A stretch of 64,000 nt of DNA from an uncultured Methanoregulaceae archaeon (GTDB taxonomy: Archaea; Halobacteriota; Methanomicrobia; Methanomicrobiales; Methanospirillaceae). The number at the start of each line of letters is the position of its first letter. Position 1 is the first letter of the stretch. The stretch is from the NCBI GenBank assembly GCA_963818425.1, contig CAWFSA010000004.1, positions 188,016 through 252,015 of the forward strand, in the 5' to 3' direction. Below, piece after piece: positions 55,294 to 63,091 of this stretch. The translations under genes and the position numbers were made by a program. The notes under the pieces were generated by a model. It saw nothing but the letters and a program-made list of their open reading frames with translations. It did no database searches and had not been told where the DNA came from.

Positions 55294-55854
55294 TCACTTC
55301 TTCCGGTAGTTCTTTCCGGCAAAGAATGCTTTATCGATCTGTTTCCCGACATGCCAGTAGGCAGACTGGGCGTACACGATCGGGTCGGTTTTTACCGTAT
55401 CCGGCTTACCGTCCGTGACACAGGCTGCATCGGCATGAATCTCCACAACCTCCCCGATATACAGCAGGTGGCTCCCGCAGTCAACGGACCTGAAGAGTTT
55501 ACATTCAATGTTGACCGGGCACTCCTTTGCCAGGGGGGCGGTCTTCAGCTTGCCGTAAAAGGACGCAAAGACCATTGACTTGTCTTCCTGTGCACCGGAG
55601 ACGAGGCCGCAGTGGTCGGTCTCGACCACGTGCTTTGCAGAGGGTACGTTCAGGCTGAACGTTTTGTTCTCTTCGATCCCCTTCACCGTGTACCGGGCCT
55701 TGTTGAGCGCAACGCAGACCATCGGCGGCGCCATGCAGGCAACCGTGGCCCACGCAGCGGTCATATAATTCGGTTTTCCCTTCACGTTTGCCCCCACGAG
55801 CAGCGTGGGCATGACACTCATGTACGGCATCGGGCCGAGCGTGATCTTGTCCAT
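55294..55854 (-). CDS. Flavin reductase-like FMN-binding domain protein
   Basis: 186 aa with the split-barrel flavin reductase pattern (…MPTLLVGANVKGKPNYMTAAWATV…). Confidence 0.6.
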   Translation of the reverse strand: MDKITLGPMPYMSVMPTLLVGANVKGKPNYMTAAWATVACMAPPMVCVALNKARYTVKGIEENKTFSLNVPSAKHVVETDHCGLVSGAQEDKSMVFASFYGKLKTAPLAKECPVNIECKLFRSVDCGSHLLYIGEVVEIHADAACVTDGKPDTVKTDPIVYAQSAYWHVGKQIDKAFFAGKNYRKK

Positions 55855-56258
55855 ATTTGAGTTTCTCCGTCATAGTGTTATACGGGGTGCAGTAAAGAGT
55901 ATTCCCCCCGGACTACCCGGGTTGTTTCAAACGATGTCTCAAGTTCTGAAAATCAGGAAAGATTCTATCATATAATCCGGTTTACCGTCAAAGGGGACCA
56001 ACGGTTCTCCTCTCGCCGTGAAACCCTACAACCCACCTTCGGCTTGCCGTTTTGGCTTCACAGCAGGACCGGGACTGATCCAGGCAGATATTTCTGCCCG
56101 GCACATCCTTCCTCCAGACCTGCCACATCGGTTTGGTTCTCGTGATCGTGTATGGCGTGATTGGCAGGGTCGCGGGAACATGGTCGGATCCTCTGAGCCG
56201 GAAAACCGGAAATCCCAAACTTTTTTTTCATGAATGACACCAGTTCCGTAAGACTATC

Positions 56259-56540
56259 ATGACCTACCTGAACTGGGGATGCGATCCTCTGGAAGAAGAA
56301 TGTGAATCCTGTCTCGATGCCTTATGCAAAGTATGCAATGAAGAGTTCAAAAAGAAGTCCGGGAATAATGAGATCCCTGAAGGTGCCGGCGGGATGGATC
56401 TGGATGCCTGTGAACCGGATTGTGAAAATTGCGATCCGGAAAAAAAGCCTGATTGTTCCCGTTGTGAAATTGTCCTGGATGTATGCCTGAATTGCGGCGA
56501 GAATAAATCGTGCGAGTTCAGGATCTGCGGACCCGGCTGA
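56259..56540 (+). CDS. Small cysteine-rich acidic protein (16 Cys in 93 aa; multiple CxxC pairs)
   Basis: The pairs CESC, CKVC, CEPDCENC, CSRC and CLNC are present. GC content is lower (about 47%) than the flanks. Long non-coding regions lie on both sides (400 bp and 700 bp). Confidence 0.4.
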   Translation: MTYLNWGCDPLEEECESCLDALCKVCNEEFKKKSGNNEIPEGAGGMDLDACEPDCENCDPEKKPDCSRCEIVLDVCLNCGENKSCEFRICGPG

Positions 56541-57256
56541 TCAACCGGATCTCTCCAAGTTTTTTAACCGGACTCTGGCTGTGAAAATTTGCAATGGAAA
56601 ATTACCGGCCCGGAATGATTTCTTATGCGCAAACCGATTCGCAGGTTTTTGCGATACGGATTATCGTACTCACGAACCGATCCTGGATCCTGTCCGTCAT
56701 ATCCACGACAATGAAAACCGTGACATGAACCTCATCTCCCGCGGGAGTCCCCCCCGAGCCCTCCTGTCGGCCCCACAGTCACAGTTCTCAGTTTTTCCGT
56801 CGAAAAAAAGACCGCGTTTCCCCCCTCCCGGGATCCCTGTTTTATTTTCGGTCATTACGGGCACCGGCCAGACCCGGGTTTGCCCCACAACCAGCAGGCA
56901 AGCCGTTTTTGCGCAAAACGGAGGGTTGCTAAATAGCACGGCCTGAATCCGTTTAAAATGCTCCTTTTCTAAAAATAAGGCAATATAACAATATTTTCCT
57001 CCGGTGTTGGCACCGCTTCCACTGCCGAATTTCCGGGTAGAGCACCAACCGGTCCTGTCTCCGTCAGAGAACCGATCTACGGGGACTTACCATCCTCCGG
57101 ACCCCTGTTATAAAGAAGTGCCGGGCCGGCTCCCGGGAGGAGCCGGAAGCATAAGTCTATGAGGCCCGGCCGGAAATATCCGGTTGAAAGCACCTGCCGG
57201 GACTTTTTCCGGAAAATTTCAACACAATTCCGGCAGATGAGAGAGGACCCATCGCC

Positions 57257-57622
57257 ATGAGAGACCAGTTTACAACCATCGATGAGTACATCGCATCATT
57301 CCCGCCGGACGTTCAGGAGAAGCTGCGGGGCATCAGGACCGTGATTCACCAGGCAGCGCCGGATGCGGAGGAGGCGATCCGGTATGGGATCCCCACGTTC
57401 CGGCTGGAGGGCCGCAACCTCGTCCACTTTGCGGCGTTCAGGGACCACCTGAGTTTTTTCCCCACGGCATCCGGTGTCGAACATTTCCAGAAGGAACTCT
57501 CAGCCTACAAACTGGGCAGGGGCACCATACAGATCCCGCTGAACGGGCCGGTGCCGTACGATCTCGTGGAACGGATAGCACGGTTCCGCGCCGGTGAAAC
57601 CCGGAAGAAAAAGAAGGCGTGA
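57257..57622 (+). CDS. DUF1801-domain protein (YdhG-like)
   Basis: 121 aa with the pattern TIDEYIASFPPDVQEKL..IR.VIHQAAPDAEE.IRYGIPTF. Confidence 0.55.
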   Translation: MRDQFTTIDEYIASFPPDVQEKLRGIRTVIHQAAPDAEEAIRYGIPTFRLEGRNLVHFAAFRDHLSFFPTASGVEHFQKELSAYKLGRGTIQIPLNGPVPYDLVERIARFRAGETRKKKKA

Positions 57623-57635
57623 GCGGTCTGTTTGG

Positions 57636-57860
57636 TTACTCCCGGAAATTATGCCGGAAATCCTCAACATCGATTCCGGCCAGTTTGAGAATACCAAGAA
57701 GGGTACTTCTTTTTAATTCCCAATGAAGCGGTACGGAAAAAACACGCCACTCCTTTTGTATAACAACATGGCTCGAAGTTTGTCGCTTTACCTCGAATCC
57801 ATGCCTTGCGAGATACTTCACAAGGTCTTCTCCGGAAATAACCGGAAATTTATGCGACAT
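57636..57860 (-). CDS. hicA: HicA-family toxin (YcfA-like mRNA interferase)
   Basis: The start is at Met MSHKFPVISGEDLVKYLARHGFEVKRQTSSHVV...LKLAGIDVEDF. The ATG lies inside the last codons of the upstream hicB. Confidence 0.65.
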   Translation of the reverse strand: MSHKFPVISGEDLVKYLARHGFEVKRQTSSHVVIQKEWRVFSVPLHWELKRSTLLGILKLAGIDVEDFRHNFRE

Positions 57861-58075
57861 CAGCCACTTCAACCTTTGAGATCTCGCGGTGCAGGGTGGA
57901 TGATTTTTTATGTAACTCCTCGCGCTGGACTTCCAGGACAAGTTCTATTGCTTCTTTGATATTGGCGAGGGCTTCCTCCCCGGGTCTCGCCTTGGCTTAT
58001 CGCGCCGGGGATCTCCACGCACTGGACGGTAAAACCGCCTTCGTCCTGGGGCTCGAGTACCACGGTATATTTCAT
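57850..58075 (-). CDS. hicB: HicB-family antitoxin, with a 1-nt frameshift in a CCCGGGG run (about 57975)
   Basis: The sequence MKYTVVLEPQDEGGFTVQCVEIPGAISQGETR continues in the next frame as EEALANIKEAIELVLEVQREELHKK...VADVA and ends 8 nt inside hicA. Confidence 0.55.
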
Positions 58076-58214
58076 ATGTACCAATTATTCCGGAAGACTA
58101 TACATTTTTTCTCAGTATCCCCATGGTTTTCGCAGGATTCTCTCGCATCAGTCCCGGGCGTGCGGGTTCACGTACTCGTCCGGGTTCCAGAACCCGATCT
58201 CGCCAACGGCAACA

Positions 58215-58529
58215 TCATAGGACCCGGAGCCTCCGGAAGGTCCGCTCGTGCTGGGTGCGGAGCCAGATCTCGCGGGGCATCCATGGCGGGAACGGCAGGG
58301 CACGGACCTCGCGGAGATCGTCTGCCAGCAGGTCTTCGTAAAACGCGTCCGGGTCGATGTGGTTGCGCACCACCCGGACTTTCACGAGCATCGCGTAGCC
58401 GTCCTTGAAGGCGATAAAGTCGTACGCGAGCTCCGGGTTGTCCGTGTTCTCCTGCCACCGGTAGCCCATCTTCTCCGCGAATTTTTTTGCATCGCGGATT
58501 GCTGCCGACGGTTTCTTGCCGCGGGTCAT
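58215..58529 (-). CDS. Small PD-(D/E)xK-like (Hjc/VRR-NUC-like) nuclease-fold protein
   Basis: 104 aa. DFIAFKDGYAMLVKVR resembles the Hjc-type motif D-h-h-A-x-K-x-G-x(3)-h-h-E-V-K. The overlapping longer ORF (58168..58647) is Arg/Pro-rich junk. Confidence 0.35.
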   Translation of the reverse strand: MTRGKKPSAAIRDAKKFAEKMGYRWQENTDNPELAYDFIAFKDGYAMLVKVRVVRNHIDPDAFYEDLLADDLREVRALPFPPWMPREIWLRTQHERTFRRLRVL

Positions 58530-58702
58530 TCTTCACTTTATATATCAGTGAGGAGTTGAAGGGTTTGTGGTCCGACAGGTTCATGGAACCTGGTGTGAGG
58601 AGAATCCGCGGGTTGGTCGGAATCACGCTTGAGAAGAGGTGAGGCACTGACAGACCTTCAACAGGAGCCCAAAACGAACCTTTGACAGAGGGGGGGTGTT
58701 GT

Positions 58703-59173
58703 CATCCGGGCGCGGTACGGATCCGGTGTTCGGCAGTCACTTCCCCGACCTCGGCAAACATCGCGGCGATCGGGCAGAGCCGGGTCAGCGTCTGTTCGAT
58801 GATCGTTCGAGACCATCGCATCGTCCGCATCGGCCCGGAGCGTGATAGTCAGGTGGACGTGATCGAAGAACGCGGGCATGGTCTTTTTCCGGGTCCCGTG
58901 GATCCCGATCGTCAGCTCTTCCGGGACAATGCCGTTGTCGGAGAGGGCAAGGAGGATCTTCACGCCGACGCACCCGCCGAGCGATCCGACCAGGTACTGG
59001 ATGGGATTGGGTACATTCCCGTGCCCGCCCATGCCGACCGGGGCTTCCATCGGGAAGGTAATCGCACCGGATGACGTGCTGGCAGTAAATTCCATGTTCC
59101 CGTTGTAGGTGACGGTCATGTCAACCGGTTTCCACTCCATCCGCGATTTGTCCCAGGGGATCTCTGTGCTCAT
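58703..59173 (-). CDS. OsmC/Ohr-family peroxiredoxin-like protein, with a frameshift near 58790-58800
   Basis: The N-terminal part has NPIQYLVGSLGGCVGVKI. The C-terminus (TIIEQTLTRLCPIAAMFAEVGEVTAEHRI) lies in an adjacent frame and ends at 58703. Confidence 0.6.
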
Positions 59174-59486
59174 GATGTACCGGTTGTTGCTGGGAGATAA
59201 GAAGGCACGCAGGCGGGATTGGAGATGAAGGAACTAGACTACCCCTCCTCACCCACGGTCCTTCATGGGTATCGCATAGCTGTTCCTCGTCGCCATGAAA
59301 TCGTCGGATTGAGGCGGGGTTTCCCGGTTCTGTTCAGATTCCCCCTCCCTCTGAGCCAAGAGGTACAGGAAGAGGTTCGTTCTGCTTCCCGGCGTATGCC
59401 AGCTTTTTATTGAGAATCCAAAAGTACCGGCTGTGTTTAACGAACGTGTCAAAGAATTAAAATCCCCGGCATAATGATACTTCTGT

Positions 59487-59843
59487 ATGACTCCAAAATT
59501 TTGCAGCAATTGTGGTGCGGAACTTGTTCAGGGAGTGGAGATCTGTCTGAAATGTCACAGCCCTGTTTTTCCAACAGCAACGGGCAAAAAGCAGTACCCA
59601 AAGGATACGCCGGAGAACCGCGCCAGGAAGATGAGGGAATACAAAGTTATCGTTTTTGACGAGGTCGCGGATGCGGCAAGTAAGGGAAAATATGATAAAA
59701 CAAGGTTGGAAACCACGCTGAACTCCCTCGGTCTGGAGGGGTGGAGTCTGAAAAAAACCCGTATGAGACAAATCCCGGGACTTGTCTCTTCCACCATTGA
59801 ATTTATCATGATTTTTGAACGCGATATGCCATTGGAGGCCTAG
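59487..59843 (+). CDS. Zinc-ribbon plus DUF4177-domain protein
   Basis: An N-terminal C..C...C..C ribbon precedes a C-terminal DUF4177-like region (EYKVIVFDE...LNSLGLEGWSL). Confidence 0.5.
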   Translation: MTPKFCSNCGAELVQGVEICLKCHSPVFPTATGKKQYPKDTPENRARKMREYKVIVFDEVADAASKGKYDKTRLETTLNSLGLEGWSLKKTRMRQIPGLVSSTIEFIMIFERDMPLEA

Positions 59844-59852
59844 GTCAGGAAA

Positions 59853-60092
59853 TTGAATCTTTATAATTTAAAAAAATCTATTATAAATTTAGTATTACAG
59901 CGAGAAAGCGTGGATTTGCTTACAACTGGAGCACAATTTATTGTATGGTCTCGTGATAATGGAACATCCTTCCTGAATTTCAATAATGAATCTGATCCTA
60001 ATGACCTGTTACCTGAAGGAGATGTGAAAAAGCAACTTTGGAAAATAAAATTCGACTCAATCAATCAAGGGATTATGGAAATGAATTTTTAA
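59853..60092 (+). CDS. Hypothetical small protein in the AT-rich island
   Basis: 79-aa ORF in sequence of about 33% GC, with no homology anchor. Confidence 0.25.
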   Translation: MNLYNLKKSIINLVLQRESVDLLTTGAQFIVWSRDNGTSFLNFNNESDPNDLLPEGDVKKQLWKIKFDSINQGIMEMNF

Positions 60093-60208
60093 TATATCTG
60101 GTGAACATTTCAGAAAATATTTCGTTGATTACTTAAAATAGGGAAATGTGAATCATTTGGTTTTTTCTTTTTATAACAGTCTCATGCAAATAATGCAGGT
60201 GGATAATA

Positions 60209-61180
60209 ATGGATGAAATGGGCTTATCACCAGGATCTGTTCAATCCATAATTGATTCAAAAAAAGCAGTTGAGCGATACCAGCATAGATTGGACTATTG
60301 TTATGCATATTTGTCGGAAAACAACTTCCCCGATAAGCATTTTCAACAGCAAATTGAACCTGAATTAGTTTCTATATTGAAAAAAAATGGGAAATCTAAA
60401 AAATGTATTCAGAAAGAAATCCGCGAAACAAATCGGAGGTGGGGTTTTTTAGCCCTAACAAAATCCCAGTTTTTAATTCGTCTAAATCATTTGATACCTG
60501 AGGAATTGGACAGCGCCAAGTGGGTGAATACGTATTGTCATGATGTTCCGTTTGGTTGCGTGACGAAAGATGCTACCGATAAATTGACTCCTGAACAAAT
60601 TCAACGGTGGTCAGATGGAAACCTTCTCATGTATCATAAAAACAGTTCGTACATCAATCTTACTGGTGTATTGTTATCCGAAAATTTTTTTGTAATTGAA
60701 ACGTTATGTAGAACAATATTATTTGGGAGTTGTCTTGAATTCGCACTTAAATCACTAGATGAAAAGACAACCGTTCAACACAAGGAAATTTATCAATCAT
60801 TAAAAAGAATGGGTGATGCAAATAGTGATAAAATTATTTGTAAACTATGTTCTTTTAACAAGCGCTGTAAAAAATGTGCAGATTTTTTAATTTTAGCCCA
60901 AGTTTATGAATTATTCTATCATTTACGGGTAATTAAGGATTATAAGATGGAATTTTGGGATATGGAACTATTCTCCCCGTTATTCAGTCAAAAGAATTTG
61001 GAATACATGTTTAACATCGTAATAAAGGTTCAACAAATTGACACTCGAATTTATAACGGGTATTGGCGATCCCCTTTCCATCTCTATAAGGATAATCAAA
61101 GAATTGATACACTTATTCAAGATTTCGATAGATGGCGTTCTTCGAAAAGTAAAAGAGAGCGAATCGAACCATTGGTGTAA
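60209..61180 (+). CDS. Hypothetical protein in the AT-rich island, probably horizontally acquired
   Basis: 323-aa ORF with strongly AT-biased codon usage, unlike the rest of the window. No domain is recognised. Confidence 0.45.
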   Translation: MDEMGLSPGSVQSIIDSKKAVERYQHRLDYCYAYLSENNFPDKHFQQQIEPELVSILKKNGKSKKCIQKEIRETNRRWGFLALTKSQFLIRLNHLIPEELDSAKWVNTYCHDVPFGCVTKDATDKLTPEQIQRWSDGNLLMYHKNSSYINLTGVLLSENFFVIETLCRTILFGSCLEFALKSLDEKTTVQHKEIYQSLKRMGDANSDKIICKLCSFNKRCKKCADFLILAQVYELFYHLRVIKDYKMEFWDMELFSPLFSQKNLEYMFNIVIKVQQIDTRIYNGYWRSPFHLYKDNQRIDTLIQDFDRWRSSKSKRERIEPLV

Positions 61181-61238
61181 AAGTGTTGCTATGGCGATTT
61201 GGACTTGAAAATTAAAAAAAATATATATACTGATGTAT

Positions 61239-62420
61239 TTAAAAGTCAGTCATGATCCTGAACTGGTCGATCTCTTCGCGGTCGAGCTGCTCTAAGAACT
61301 CGTCCGCCGCATGCGACACATCCTTCGAAGCGGTGATCGCACGCCCAACGACAAGAATATCGGCACCGGCCTTCAGCGCATCCTTCACAACGTTGACGCG
61401 GATGCCGCCGGCAGTTGCGACAAGAAGCTTGCCGCCGGCTGCTTTCTTGAGCGCCGGGATGTCACCCCAGGCATGGGCGGTCTCCTCGACATCGATGGCA
61501 CGGTGGAGTTCCACGATGTCCGGCTTGACTTTTAAGTTCTGGATGATTTTTACCGGGTTCGCAACGTTCAGCATGTCGATGACGGAGTAAATGCCGACCT
61601 TCTTCGCCTCGATTATAGCCTTTTCAATGGTGGATGTGGGGGCAAGACCGGAGATGACGACTGCGTCAGCAGTTGCATCGGCTGCCATGCGGGCTTCGAG
61701 GTTGCCGGTGTCAAGGATCTTCAGGTCAGCGATGATGAACGCGTTGGGCTTGATCTTCCGGATATCGGAGAGGACGGAGAGGCCGAACTTCTTGACGAGC
61801 GGGGTTCCCGCCTCGATGATGAGGTGGTCGTTCTCCGGGAGTGCCGACAGGACTGAATTGAGCTTGTTCATGTCGACAATATCGCATGCCACCTGCAGGT
61901 ACGGCGGGTCCCAGAGGCGCTGCACCTTGAATCCCATGATCGCGTGGGCAGCCCGGTCTTTCTCCTTGAGAAGTGTCCTGGTGTCCGGGAATGATTCCAT
62001 GGCGCGGGTGATGGCAAGCTTGGTTGCACCGTAGTTGAAGCGGTAGAGCTTGTTGTAGTCCTTTGCATCCGGGTGGACAAAAGCGGAAACAAGGATAACC
62101 AGGCTCTCGGTGTCAGCAGTGCCAAACGCCCCTTCTTCGAGGCTGTCAGCAACGGCCTTTGCAACCGCTGCCTGCACGGGGCCGAACATCTCGTTGACCT
62201 GGTCAATATTCTTTAAGGTAACTTTCGGGATGACGAGCGTCACCGGCTTTGTCAGCAGGTTCGGGCGTACGACCGCGAGCAGCGGGGTATGCCCGACAGA
62301 CAACTGCGAGATCGCATTTGCAAACGCGGATCCAATGGGACCTTCCTTCTCTCCCATCAACAGATCGATGTGCGCCAGTTCTGCGCCTTCGCCAATAAGT
62401 GCTTCTCCAACTAAATACAT
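61239..62420 (-). CDS. fae-hps: Bifunctional formaldehyde-activating enzyme / 3-hexulose-6-phosphate synthase (Fae-Hps)
   Basis: The N-terminal Fae reads MYLVGEALIGEGAELAHIDLLMGEKEGPIGSAFANA. The C-terminal OMPDC-fold Hps reads …IIADLKILDTGNLEARMAADA…VGIYSVIDML…LVVGRAIT. Confidence 0.8.
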   Translation of the reverse strand: MYLVGEALIGEGAELAHIDLLMGEKEGPIGSAFANAISQLSVGHTPLLAVVRPNLLTKPVTLVIPKVTLKNIDQVNEMFGPVQAAVAKAVADSLEEGAFGTADTESLVILVSAFVHPDAKDYNKLYRFNYGATKLAITRAMESFPDTRTLLKEKDRAAHAIMGFKVQRLWDPPYLQVACDIVDMNKLNSVLSALPENDHLIIEAGTPLVKKFGLSVLSDIRKIKPNAFIIADLKILDTGNLEARMAADATADAVVISGLAPTSTIEKAIIEAKKVGIYSVIDMLNVANPVKIIQNLKVKPDIVELHRAIDVEETAHAWGDIPALKKAAGGKLLVATAGGIRVNVVKDALKAGADILVVGRAITASKDVSHAADEFLEQLDREEIDQFRIMTDF

Positions 62421-62600
62421 GGAACTCTCCGTATGTTGAGTACTATGTGCCCGTAATATATGATAAAGTTACTAAGGGCAGGAGGATCATCCCGGGGATG
62501 GGTTCATTACCCGGTTCTCCCGTGCAGGAAACCGGAGTATACAACGGATGCATGAAGAGCAGCACTGCCAAAAAACAACAAAAAAACTCTTAAGAAAACG

Positions 62601-62768
62601 TGGGGTTGGTGAGATTTGAACTCACGATCGACGGGTCTCTCCGACATGCATCAGTGCTCCAACGGGTCATCATCTTGTTTTCAGGAGACCCATTGTTCAT
62701 CATCTGCGAGCACAAAGAACGCAAAGACCGCTGGAGCCCGTCGCCATACCGGGCTAGGCCACAACCCC
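62601..62768 (-). tRNA. tRNA-Trp(CCA) with a 94-nt intron after position 37
   Basis: The rc reads GGGGTTG-TG-GCC…GGC-G-ACGGG-CTCCAG[intron]A-CCCGT-CGATC-GTGAG-TTCAAAT-CTCAC-CAACCCC-A. The acceptor, T-arm and anticodon stems all pair. The anticodon is CCA. CCA is not encoded at the 3' end. Confidence 0.75.
62637..62730 (-). ncRNA. Intron-encoded box C/D sRNA guiding 2'-O-methylation of pre-tRNA-Trp positions 34 and 39
   Basis: The intron carries C (AGATGATGA), D' (CTGA), C' (AGATGATGA) and D (CTGA). The guide upstream of D (TTGGAGCA) pairs with GCTCCA of the anticodon loop and places C34 at the 5th position. The guide upstream of D' (GGGTCTC) pairs with GAGACCC across the 3' splice junction and places nt 39 at the 5th position. 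Confidence 0.65.
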
Positions 62769-63091
62769 GTTCTTTAAGTCATCAGGACGGATTTTTTCCT
62801 GACTCAATAAAATCGCAGTGTATAAACTTAAGAGTTGTGCTGCTTGCGGCACCGCCGGAATGTGCCGGGCGGGAGGATGTGCCAACAGGTTATAAACACG
62901 TCCCTGATGGCGCAGATCCGGTTGTCTCTTCCTGAAAATGTGGCGTGGGATATCAGGGTGCACCAGACCGGAAAACCGGACTGCACCACACCACCGGGTT
63001 AAATCACTACCCATATATGATCCGGTTTCCCACCTTTTACCAATGATTGAGGGCAGTTATATATGCGGGACATCAGGGGTTCCCCTGCTGG

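Noticed and set aside
56541-57257. SRP RNA or RNase P RNA in the GC-rich structured non-coding stretch, and similarly in 15094-15390.
   Set aside because: There are long hairpins, but I could not find the RNase P P4 sequence (AGGAAAGUCC-like) or a convincing SRP helix-8 GGAA/AGCA motif by eye. A covariance-model search is needed.
58168-58647. The 159-aa ORF overlapping the small nuclease-like ORF.
   Set aside because: Its Arg/Pro/Gly-rich composition is typical of an out-of-frame read through GC-rich DNA. The 104-aa ORF in the other frame has a plausible fold motif.
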